Positions 37,088-48,726 of a stretch of DNA of 64,000 nt are shown here, piece by piece (the first letter of the stretch is position 1; every line of letters starts with the position of its first letter). The translations under genes were made by a program, and so were the position numbers. The notes under the pieces are model-generated. The model was not told the DNA's origin. It did not search any database and saw only the letters and a program-made list of their open reading frames with translations. Origin of the DNA: Neophaeotheca triangularis (lineage: Eukaryota). The stretch is from contig BAAIJX010000013.1 in assembly GCA_054600435.1 (NCBI GenBank), positions 434,001 to 498,000 of the forward strand, given 5' to 3'.

Positions 37088-38745
37088 ATGCGAACATGGC
37101 GCCTCCCGACCATCAGCTCGAAACCCCTTAAGGCTGTCTGTATCAACAAATCTCTCCAATTGCCTAGACGGCCCTTTTCAACCTCCGATTCCAAACTCGA
37201 GCTATGGACCGTAGGCAGGATACTAAACTATAGCAAGCCCGAAGTGCGCGAGCGTGTTAGTCTGAACTGCTGGGTCCGTACAGTTCGTAAACAGAAAAAA
37301 GTCGCCTTCCTCACTGTTGGCGACGGCTCGACTTCTCAGCATGCCCAAGTCGTACTCGAACCGGAATTAGCTCAAGGGTACGTCTAGGCCGGAGCAAATA
37401 CAATGCTCTCAGAAGTAATAACCGCGGGCTAACATGATTTCGCAGTCTGTCCCCAGGCACAGCAGTGCATATATTTGGGCCCCTCAAGCCCTCGCCTGGT
37501 CGCGGGCAATCTCATGAGCTTTTCGTTAGAAGTATCCATATACTAGGCCCCAATGATGCCGAGAAAAATCCTCTTCAGCCCAAGTACCAAACACCGGAAT
37601 ACCTCAGGACCATCCCTCATCTACGGCCCCGAGTTCCACACAACGCCACCCTATTACGCCTACGATCTGAGATTATAGCCTCCCTCACTCGCTACTTCTC
37701 GGGGAAGGATTTTGTTCAATGTCACACTCCTATTATTACATCCTCCGACTGCGAGGGCGCCGGTGAAGTCTTCACCGTCTCGGCAAACTCTGAAACCCAG
37801 CAATCCCCCGAGCGAAACCACAAAGACGACACAGACGACCACTTTTTCAAAACACCAAAATACCTCACCGTATCCGCCCAACTCCATCTCGAAGCTCTCG
37901 CCTCCGCTCTACCCAAAGTATGGACTCTGTCACCAACCTTCCGTGCCGAAAGATCAGACACCCCCCGCCACCTGAGCGAATTCTACATGCTCGAGGCCGA
38001 AGTCAGCTTCACAAGTGACATGTTCGTTGTCATGAAAATCGTAGAAGACATGCTACGTCACGTCGCAACCGAAGTGCAACGTACCCGTCCATTCTTCGAC
38101 CTCGTAGCCGTCGTCAGCGAACGCGCGGGAAGCGTCCCGGGGCGCGATGTGAAAGAGGCGGAGAAAGCTCTCCGCGCGCGTTGGGAAGGCATGTCGGCAG
38201 CAAACTGGCCCAAGTATACTTACACCGAAGCCATTGAGAAGCTCAGTAAAGCCCACACCGACAACCCGGACCTTTTCGCCAACGAGCCGACCTGGGATGA
38301 GGGCTTCTCGGCAGAGCACGAGCGCTACCTCGCCTCCCTCGATCCTACGGGCAGACCAGTTTTCATCACAAACTACCCCCGCCACCAGAAACCCTTTTAC
38401 ATGTCTCCAACACCCGCACCGCTCACAGACCCGCCATCCGAAGCCTCTCCTGAGCTCCAAGAATCATCCACAGTCAACAATTTCGACCTCCTCGTCCCCG
38501 AAGTCTGCGAGCTCGCCGGCGGCAGCATGCGCGAACACAACGCCGATGCCCTACTAGCAGCCATGCAAGAAAAAGGCGTGGACCCAACGAAATTAGAATG
38601 GTACATGGATTTGCGCAAGTTTGGCAGTGTGCCGCACGGGGGTTTTGGGCTGGGGTTCGACAGACTGATGTCTTATCTGGGGGGCGAAGGGAATCTGAGG
38701 GAGGTAGTGGCTTGGCCAAGGTGGGTGGGTAGGTGTGAGGGTTAG
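37088..38745 (+). CDS. SLM5: Mitochondrial asparaginyl-tRNA synthetase
   Basis: Basic presequence-like N-terminus; WVRTVRKQK..DGS OB fold; SSDCEGAGEVF, YLTVSAQLHLE, FRAERS..RHLSEF, GGSMRE, PHGGFGLGFDR; intron 37378-37445. Confidence 0.92.
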
Positions 38746-39590
38746 TTGTTCGAGCGAAACTTTTCTTTTTTGAGCGTAAAGAGCGCTATTTTGTAGGATG
38801 TAGAGTATTGAGTGTGTATCATTATTACTGCTTGTGGTGTTTGCGAGATGAAGCATCTCCGAGGAGTTCGATCACTCAGCCGGGAACACAAATCATGTTG
38901 CATCCGGACGACAAAGCGACAGGCATGAACAATGCAGCTGTAGAGCTTCGACAAAAACGCAGACAGCCAATGCGCAAGACACAAGACGAACCGACTTCGC
39001 CAGGTCTGTTTCAAAGGTCACCAAGACATATCGAACCGTGATGTAGCGCAAATAATAACAATGTCCCAATGCTACCTTGATTATTAGCTATCCCCTCACC
39101 CAATAAATCGTTCAAACATCCAAACACCAAACCGCCTCGGTCTGCTGTCATCATCATCATCGCCTGAAGTAAATTTCGGGGCACGGACGCCGGACTTCCG
39201 CTTTGGCTTAGAAGTGAAGGAGAGAGCTTCATTTCACCGCGACCACCCCCTCTGTCCTCCATCATCCACGACACCGCCGGACCGGACGAAAAACTCCCAC
39301 CGACAACGCCAAGTCACCCTTGCGGCCTCGCCGCATCGACAACTCCCCACCGCTCCGCTCGCCGCCCGTCCCCCTAGACAGCACCACCGCAAAGCGGCCG
39401 AGCATCAGCCACCCCAGCGCATCTTCGCGGCGCAAACACCCCCCCTTCTGCTCGCGGCGCCCGCACACACTCCAGCGGAAACGGTCATCGTACCTCCCCC
39501 AAGTCCTCGGGCGGCCTTTGTCCTCTTTTTTGCTTCCCCCTTCTTTCGCGAGCGCATCCAGACCCCAAACAAACCTTCCCCCAACGGTAC

Positions 39591-40997
39591 ATGTCTACGC
39601 AGCCGGCAGCTCTCGTCGGCACAGGCACAGGCACAGGCGCACAAATGGCCACCGCGCAGGCGTCGCAGAAGGAGGCTGTTGGGATCGTGGAGCCCATTGA
39701 GGAGGAGTATGAGTACGTTGAAATTACCTACACCTACACTTTTTGGCCTTGGAGGCTGAAAAGGAGAGGGATGATTTGTGCTGAGGAAGGGCTTGTTTTT
39801 GCTGACTTTGGTTGTGTGGCAGTTATGAATCCCTGCCTCCGAATTTCTCACTGGCGGCGAATATGGCTGCGGGAGCGTTTGCTGGGGTTGCGGTGAGTTG
39901 ATTCTTCTTATGGCGCTGGTTGCGATGTTTGCGCGGAAGTGCGCTGTTCTGAAGATGATACAGTTTGCTGACTTTGCGCTGAGTACAGGAACATTCGGTC
40001 ATGTACCCTATAGACTTACTCAAGGTACGTTCTACCCATTAACCATTCTGACGGAAATGCGCCGGGAAGCTAACCTCCATGTTACTCGCAGACACGAATG
40101 CAAGTCGTCAACCCCACACCTGCGGCCATCTACACCGGCATCGGCAATGCCATCAGCACGATCTCAAGAGCGGAGGGCTACATGTCGTTATGGCGGGGGC
40201 TGTCCAGTGTGGTTGTTGGAGCAGGCCCGGCGCATGCCGTCTACTTTGCTACGTACGAGGTTGTGAAGCAGGCCATGGGTGGGAACGCCAGCGGACATCA
40301 TCCTCTTGCAGCAGGTAAGCAGAAACCCGATATCCAAATCAGGACAGAGGGAAAAGAAAGCCTGCGCAAACCAAAGCCCAAAAGCTAACATACCCAACCC
40401 TCAGCCACCTCCGGCGCCTGTGCAACCATCGCCTCTGACGCTTTCATGAACCCCTTCGACGTGATCAAACAGCGCATGCAAGTGCATGGCTCCCCACACA
40501 CCTCCCTCGCCAACTGCGCGCGCACAGTCTTCCGCAACGAAGGCCTGCGCGCCTTTTACGTTTCCTACCCCACCACCCTGACCATGACAGTCCCCTTCAC
40601 AGCCCTCCAATTCACCGCTTACGAATCCCTAACCAAAACCTTGACCGCGCTCCGCCGACGACAGTCCTCCCATCCCGCCGCCGGAACCCCCACATACGAC
40701 CCACTGACCCACTGCACGGCCGGTGGCCTCGCGGGTGGTTTCGCCGCCGCCGCCACCACTCCCTTGGACGTCGTCAAGACCCTTCTACAAACTCGAGGCA
40801 CGAGCACGGATGCGGAAATCAGGAACGCGAAGGGTTTGCTACAGGCCGGAGGTATCATCTGGCGGAGAGAGGGTTTCAAGGGGTTCTTTAGGGGTATGAA
40901 GGCCAGAGTCGTGACGGCTGCGCCTAGTACAGCGATTTGTTGGAGTGCGTATGAGGTTGCGAAGGCTTATTTCATTAGGGTTGAGGGGGAGAAGTAA
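39591..40997 (+). CDS. MRS3: Mitochondrial iron carrier (mitoferrin, Mrs3/4 family), 5 exons
   Basis: DYESLP..AGAFAGVAEHSVMYPIDLLKTRMQ, GAGPAHAVYFATYE, MNPFDVIKQRMQ, TTPLDVVKTLLQ. Introns 39713-39822, 39893-39988, 40025-40091, 40315-40404. Confidence 0.94.
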
Positions 40998-41299
40998 ACT
41001 AGGAGGGTTTATCGTGGGGGGAATGCGGGGTTTTGAGCTTGTGGGTGCTGTGGATGGGTAAGGGGTAGGGGTTGGGGTTGGAGGTGCTGGGTTCGGGGAG
41101 ACCGGAGGCAAAGGGTCTTAGATCTCTACGTGGACTGAGGACGCTTGCGTGAATGCTTGCCGGGGACGGATACTCTGGCGCGGGTAGGATGGTTTGGGTG
41201 TACTCTAGGTAACTGAGGGCGCCCTGAGCTGGCCATGCGCTCGCCAGCCTGCGTTATCAATCCGATGCGATGGGTGCTAAGAGGGAGCGAGCGGCAGTG

Positions 41300-43700
41300 G
41301 AGATGATCCACTTCCGATGCCGTCACTTATGGGCCTCTCGTGGGCTTCATTGGGTATGATTGTGGCTCTCGAGGAGCGTGGAGCAGTTCGACGAGCTGCT
41401 CGCGCTGCTTAGACGGAAGAAAGAGCGAGCGCGGCTTGTCGTTGTTGCTGCCGGTGGCTTGTACAAACACATTTACGGTATACTGAGATCTACATTACTT
41501 TTACCTTTTGTCTTGCCCATGTACCGGATAAAGGAAGCCGATTCCGGGTCAGGAAGACGCTGGCTGGCTGTGCTGTTTGCTTTTGGCCTTGTCGCCTTTT
41601 TTGCCTCTTGCTCTTTTCCCTCGCCTTTGTGCTCCAAGAGCCGCGTACATAAACAGTCGGTTCGGTTCATCATTGAAGCGCTCTGACTAGTATGCTACCG
41701 CCGGCCCAACCCAACGAACGAGGCGCCAACGACCCAGTCTAGACCTGCATTTCGCGGCGGCGGAACAAGGCGGTGGAGCTTTCGAGTTCCTCGAGAATGG
41801 CTTATTGGGGCTTTGGATAGCTTCGTTGCGAAACATGGCAAAGAGTCGGCAGCGGCGGCAATAATTGTAAAGGCTTTGCGATGAGGTGATGCTTTGCGAG
41901 CTTTCCTGGATAGAGCCCACGCTTTACCGGTCGTAAGGTTGCGTTTGGAGATTGGGCGTTGCTGACTAGGTGGGCTGGTGGGAGGATTTGGGTCGAACGA
42001 GTCAGGGGGTCTGTGTTCGGTGCCCGGGGCAGTTTAGTCGTGAAGTTGAGTCTAATCGCGGACTGGATAGGTGGCTTTCCTGCCTTGGGACGATCGATGG
42101 CGGTTTCCTGTCGTTGTCATAGATCAAGCTCGTCTTCGACGTCTACCGCTCCGCTGACCGTGTTATCTCCTTGCAATTCCACCGCCTTGCTCGGCGTGCG
42201 ATCGGGCAAGGACCAGAGGTGCTAGCTTCCTGGGGGTTTTGCTGACTTTTGAGGGGTTCTCCGGGCCTGCAGGTCAAATCCAAGCGGACGATTCTGCACC
42301 GCATCTGCGCTGGAGCGGCGTTGCGCGTTTAAGGGCGGCAGTTGCAGTTACTCCCGGCGTACCTCGTAGAGCTGCTGTCAAACGCTTTCGCACAGCTTTG
42401 ATGCTGGTTCTCGAGTAATATACGTTGCGGGTTTGGGTTGCTAGAAGGCCGAAAACCAGGTCTTTCAGAGAGGCACCGGCGTAGTGTATGCTGTCGACTT
42501 TGGGAGATTGCTTTCCGTTTGCGTGGAGCAGATAAATCTGAATGGCTAATTCGTGCTTCGCAGTAAGCACTCAGGATGTCAATTAATTCTGCAGACTGCT
42601 GTCTTAGATGTATGGCTATGATCTCTCCCTGGATTGCGACGCCACGCTTCCCAGATTTTCGTGGAATGCCGCAGGAAAGCTGTTTCTTTGCATTACTAGT
42701 ATCCGAGAGCAGCAGGCATAGCGCGTTCACCGTTGACGGTCAGACGATCAAACGTGGTGTCATGACCCTCCTAGACTGACACAGGCTCCATAGCATCTGG
42801 ACAATCCAAAGAGCTCTTGCATGCGCGGCTTGAAAGCTTCGTGCTCTGCGACTTCCCAAGTCAATGGCAGGATTCGTCCCAGATTGACTTTATCCAGTCG
42901 AGGCTCGCGATGAGGCTGTAGGAGCATTGCAGGAGTGATCCTTGGAACGCTATTGCTGAACTCAAAGAGGCTTGCAGGGCCTCGCCTGTCAGCAAAGCAG
43001 GAAGCTTGTGGTCTACTACCGTCCCTGAATATTAGCTTATGGGCCAACGGATACTTGCCAGGGAGCTCGAAACTTGCAAGGCCAGGCTGGCAGCTACTTG
43101 CACGTTACAAGAGACCCGTTTTTACTTGTTTCCGGGATTTGCATGAGAATCAAGGAGAGCATCTCAAGGTTTCGACAAGATCACTGCCAATACAGCGGTA
43201 CCCGTGGGCTCCTCGAATTGTTCGGGGTTGAACACTGCTAAAGTCGAATCTGTCGGGAGAAGGGGGTCTCAAGTTCTCAACTCAACGCTATGTGCGCGTG
43301 CCACACAAAGAGACTCGCTTGAAACGGACAATGCCTGGCATACTAGCTCGTATGCAGCCGACGTAACACCAGTGAGATGGAGACTGCATGTCATGCAGAG
43401 CTGTCCAAGTATGAACCATCGCTTCCTACGCAGCGGGCTGCTCGAAGCACGTAAGCCGAGGGGTGAGAAGAGGGGGTGATTCTATGGATGATATCGCTCG
43501 CGAGATACTTACATGCCTCTCAGTCTCGGTCTCATCAGTGAGCGGCGTAGTTTATCAGGCTTACTTGGTAGGCTGCATAGCCATGGGTGTTGAATGGAGA
43601 CAGAGACCCAAAGTCTATGAGTGGGCATTCCGTGTAATCAGGGGTACCTCGGTGGCGCCCGACCCGTAGGCGTTGTGGATCAATCTCTTCCGCCAGGTGC
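41300..43700. pseudogene. Possible decayed gene remnants (minus strand ~41300-42570; plus strand ~42576-43700)
   Basis: Long protein-like frames broken by isolated stops and frameshifts; no recognisable family. Confidence 0.25.
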
Positions 43701-44546
43701 GGGCATTCTGGCTATTCACAGCTCTTGCAAGCAAGGCTCACAAGGAAAGGTGTTGCTACCTAATAAGTCAATGGTAGGGGCATCGAGAGCCCAGGGCGTG
43801 GTGTATACATTAAGTATGTATGTCGCTAATTCTCTTGGCACACTAGTCCAGGAACGCTCGCAGACCAGGGACGTCACCTCGTCCATCAGAAGCCCCTGGG
43901 TCCTACCACTCTCCCACTCCAACAAACCGAAACCTCACATGAATGCTGCTGGCTCTACCGCCGACGTCGAGCCCTGCCAAAAATCTCATACAGGTACATG
44001 CCTAATAAGCTTGCTGAACCGTCCTAAATCCTATTAAGGCTAATAATGTCAAGTCCGCTCCGGAGCCCGAACCAGACCTGTCTTCAACGGGGATCCTCGG
44101 CGACCCACGATGCGACCAGGACCCGCAGAAACCTTACAGGCAACGTTCGTCGCTGCATCTACCGACTCCTCTATACCAGGCTATAATGCTAGATTCGTGC
44201 AAGGATGATCCCACTCGACCACGCTATATGTCGCCATCTTACCGCTATGAGGCTTAAAAGACTGCAGACTTGTAGGCGTCCCTTGCATTCCATCTTCAAC
44301 CCCGGGCCCGTCCGACGTTTGCAGCGCGACTTACGAGCCGCGCTGCACAAGCGTCGATGTCCCCGCTGAGACAGCGTTAGAATCGGTGAGTCGCGATGGT
44401 AGGTGAACTAAACCATTTCAAAGGGAGTGCGATGGCCAAACAAATAGAGCATACAAGGTTTCCGCTCCATTCTCTCTTACTTCTTTTCCGAGAAATGTCC
44501 CCAGGTAGCACTCCGTCGAGCAAGAAGCAATACCGCGCCTTAGAAC

Positions 44547-45296
44547 ATGGCCCCTCGAGATACCACTGCTCAATACGCGTACGCCCATCGAGCAGGTAGA
44601 CCACGACCCGTTGTCTACGCGCAACAAACGCAGCCACCTATCGTCCCCAACGCGACCGCACCAGCGTACCACTCAGTGTACATACCGACCAGCAGAGAAG
44701 CAATCACGACACCGGCAGATTATAGACCAGCTCGTCTACCCCCTATCCACGCCCTATCATCGACATCGTCACTCCCACAACCATCACCAGTATCAACGTC
44801 GACAAACCCTCGCCGTCTCCCTCCCCCTAAAGGCGGCTGGGATCAAGCCCGCCCTCAGCCTCACTACGGCCATATGCCCGCCTACGCCAGCCTTCGCGAC
44901 CTGGGAGATGGCAAACCTGGCGGATGGCCACCCCAAATCGACAAGGCATCGGGCTACGACTATGCAGCCGATTGGAACGCGTACCAAAGCACTTTGGAAC
45001 AAGTAAGCCCAGTCGGTGATACGGGGCCAGAGAGGATCCGTCGGGCTGAGACCCCTGCCGTACCATCCCCTCGCATCACCCTGCCGCCGTCATCATCTTT
45101 TGGCCTGGGTGATACGCCGACTGATGGCTCGTCGCATCCGCGCGCTTATAGTGGCATCCGGCCCGTGACTTCGAGGTCAGGGACTGCGGGCATTTCGAAC
45201 GACGCGCCGCAAAGAACGGATTCGTTCGTTTCGTCGCCGACCTTGCAGCGGTTGGGGCCAACGCTGAGACCTATCCATTGGCTGGACCGGCCGTGA
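44547..45296 (+). CDS. Hypothetical Pro/Ser/Thr-rich protein (249 aa), possibly the 5' part of a disrupted gene
   Basis: ATG in good context (agaacATGG); low-complexity ORF; no domain recognised. Confidence 0.4.
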   Translation: MAPRDTTAQYAYAHRAGRPRPVVYAQQTQPPIVPNATAPAYHSVYIPTSREAITTPADYRPARLPPIHALSSTSSLPQPSPVSTSTNPRRLPPPKGGWDQARPQPHYGHMPAYASLRDLGDGKPGGWPPQIDKASGYDYAADWNAYQSTLEQVSPVGDTGPERIRRAETPAVPSPRITLPPSSSFGLGDTPTDGSSHPRAYSGIRPVTSRSGTAGISNDAPQRTDSFVSSPTLQRLGPTLRPIHWLDRP

Positions 45297-46650
45297 CGAG
45301 GGGGAGGCAGTACGAGTCAAGCGCAGGATTGCGACCATCGGGCCTTGACTTGACTTGTTGGGCCAGCACCGGTCTGCTTGGCTTGGAGCTCCATCCGGCA
45401 TCGCGATGGCATCGACAAACAAGCCAACCAGCGTTAGCTGAAGGAGTCGATCCTACGGATCGCGTAGTTCAGATGCATCACTTCATTCGAGGGGTGCAGC
45501 GAGACCAGCAAATCAAAGCATCTCCTCGAGGCCTGGAACACTAGTGTACAGCTTTTCACGTCTCAAAGAGTTCAACTCGGCCTGAAGCACGATAATCCGG
45601 CCGCCAGAGAGGAACACACTCTTTCCCGGCCCAACCAAGCCCACCCGCCATCAAGCCGATGCTGCCATGAGACCTTGCAAGCTATGCACATCTCGACGAC
45701 AACAAGACACGGCAAAACCGACGTAAGGGCACCACCTCCGGGTTGCGACAATACCTACCACAACCGGCTTGGACTGAACGGGATTGGCAGCAAATGAGAT
45801 GCAACCGTTCATCAGCAGCCACAGAGTAAGCCGCTGAATACCTGAAGGCATGTGGGGAGCGCCAAACGGTCAGCCAGGGTGTAGACGATGAAGGAGAGAA
45901 AAACAACTCAGGGGTCCATGGAACACAGCACAGGCAAAGGAAGATACAAAGAACAGAGGCTGCAGAGACAAAACCTCCTAGACCGAGTAGAGGAAGCTTA
46001 GCAAGTAAGCGGCAGCCTCGACTCTAAGGGGAGGTGGTGGGGGGGACTGCATACTGCACTGCCGGTCGTAATGCTTAATAATTAATGATATAATACTAAT
46101 GATGATGATAACAATGCTGAGACTCAATATTGATGAAAACGCAGGCCGCTACTCCAGGAAGCCCGGCGGCGATCCTCGAGCCCTTGGCGTGTTTTCCTAG
46201 TATCCGTGAGCCTGTGCGGTGCGAACGAGTGGCAGCTCGCGATGCTGTCTGATAGATGGAGGGAAACGCTTCACGCGGTGGGTAGGTGAGAGACTGCTCA
46301 ATTCCAAGATCGCCGTACTCAAGGCAGCCAGTATAACAGGAGGCACTCGAAATCTGGTATCCGGGGAAAAATCACGACCGGTATCGAGGCACAATCATAG
46401 TCTATTCTTCGTCTTCACTCATTATCGAGATTTTCATTCTTTTCGTCTAGTAGTAAAGGCGGAGGCGTTCTCGTCCCGGGTATAGCTCGGAGCGTGGTCT
46501 TCGCCAAAAGCAATTCGAACAGAGCGAGCAGAGCCCACATCTCGCCTCTTGTCGCACAAACAGCAGCGAAGCAAATTCTCCACACCCAACCACAGTCGGC
46601 GCGCCATTCGCCCTAGTCCATTTTACTCAACCTCTCTACGGTGCAAGGAC

Positions 46651-48334
46651 CTACTTACACCTCTTCTCGACAATACCCGGCCCAAACTCCTCATACTCCT
46701 GCCTAGAAACCCACATCTGGTGGAAAGTGCCCAAACTGCCCAGCACACTACCACCGATCCAGGCGCCAAACTTGCGCTCGGCGGAATTGCCATTCGCCAA
46801 AACCCGCACTTTCGGGTTCGGGTACATGGTCTGCACGTCGCTTTGGATGCGATCGGGCAGCTTCTCGAGCAAGCTGCCAGCGCCCGTTAGGACAATGTTG
46901 TTGAGCAGCACGGGTCGCGTGTCGACGTCGCAAGCTTGCAAAGCTTTGTTGATGGTGCTGACGATTGTTTGCTCGCCCGAGGGTTGCGGGTGCGTGTCCG
47001 AGGTGTAGGCGGCTTTGTTGTCGAAGAGACCTTCGGGGGCGCGATAGCGCTCGAGGCCGAAGACTTGGTTCCAGCCGTCGGGGAGTTCAAAAGGTTTTGG
47101 GGGCAGCGTTTTGACGTGGTCGGCGTTGGTGTGGGAGTTTGGGGTTGTGGTTGAGGCGGAGTCGAGGCGGCCTGGGCCTTGCCAGACTTGCGCGACGGAT
47201 TCTTTGAAGGAGAGCAGGACGCGGTTTTCTTCTTGTTGGCGGAAGGAGGCGGTTGGGGGCGTGGGAAATGTGGTGTAGGTTGCGTTGCTGGGGACCCCGG
47301 CGTCTACAGGAGTCTTGGTTTGTACCATGTAGTGCGGGACTAGGGGGACGGGGGGTGTTTGCGAGCCGAACATTAGTCGAATCTGGTCGTTGAGCCAGTT
47401 ACCAGCTAGTGGGGTATGATGCACACCTGTGGAGGGTGTTAGTGGGAGGTCTGGAAGGCTTTGCTCGCTATAATGTGTGAGTGAGGTTGGTTTGGCTGTC
47501 AGTATTAGTGTGGCCCGGTCAGGGGCCGTCTCAGCAATGCCACAGGAGTGGCTATGTCGACCGTCGTGATATTGTGGATCATCTTGGACGAAGGTTGGGG
47601 AAAGGTAAGGGTATGCAGAACGTACTCTTCTTCAACACCATCCCTTCCCAAAGCGCCATAACGGAGGTATGCTGTGCGCCCACGTCGACCACAAGCGCAG
47701 TCGCCTTGCCTTGCGAATACCTGACGACCACGTCAGCCATAACAATCTCTTCAACACAGCACAAGAAGCTCACCTACGCAGCCAACTGTCCATTCTTCGC
47801 CAAAAAGAACGCCGGAACCCCCCACTCCTCCATGGCAACCTCCATAGTCTTCTCCCTAGCCTTTGCCGGATTCCACCCAGGCTCACTCATCAACAGCGGG
47901 TTCTCCCCCAAAACCCTCTCTTGCTGCTCCTGCTGTTCCCTCTCTTCCTCCATCCCTTCCTCCATGGCCGTATCCCCTTCCCCATCCTTGACAGCATCAT
48001 TCAACCCATTTCGACTCGGCGGCGTCTGCCTGGCACCCGTGAGTCGCGATGTCACAGCGAACTCCCACAATTTCGACGCAGTCTCCCAATCTTCCACTAT
48101 GCCATCTGAGCCAATGGGATTGCAAATTTCCATATCCGGACGCGGTCGGTGGATGGCATTCTCGCCAAAAATGCGCTCGCCGGATGGTAAGCGGCCGTAG
48201 GAGGTGGGGATGACGGCCTTGGGAATATCTTCTCCCGCGAAACCTGCGCGCGTGGTACAGCTCCCTGGGTCGAGGATGAGGGCGTTGATTTCGTCGCCGG
48301 CGTATTCGTTGGCCGGGGGTGGGGCGGCGTTCAT
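46651..48334 (-). CDS. ARP4: Nuclear actin-related protein 4 (NuA4/INO80/SWR1)
   Basis: [75 protein letters not shown]. Introns 47721-47777 and 47427-47625. Confidence 0.94.
47526..47591 (-). ncRNA. Candidate intronic box C/D snoRNA-like element in ARP4 intron 2
   Basis: Minus strand reads UCGUC-CAA-GAUGA...CUGA-GACGG: terminal stem, 3-nt bulge and C/D-like boxes in kink-turn geometry, plus internal hairpin GCCAC-UCCU-GUGGC. Confidence 0.5.
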
Positions 48335-48726
48335 TGTCGCGGGGGTTTGGGGGAAGTTTTGGGAGTAGAAGTGTCACTAAAGGAGTGGCAGAGAGGTGGA
48401 AATATGTGGCATATGTTGGTTTCACGACCAATTGTTCGTTTCGCGCAAAGAACGGTCGCGATGTTATAGCAAACGCGCTCGGAATGATAAAGGTCCACTA
48501 AGTCGCGATGCCCTCGAATGCTGACTAAGAATATACAGAGGTCAACCTGTTAAACGAGACGACGTGCCCTCACGCAGCTCCATAAAGTACGGTATCAGTA
48601 TACTGTACAGCCCGTTTGCAATACAATACACAACTACACACAAATCGAATACGGAAAATACAGAATTGTCGAGTGTTGAAAACGACCCTACGATCAAGGC
48701 ATTGCCCAAACGATGCTGCAGTCAAA

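Noticed and set aside
48616..48726. N-terminal extension of GUP1
   Set aside because: TTG start; ATG 48727 has a strong aaaATG context.
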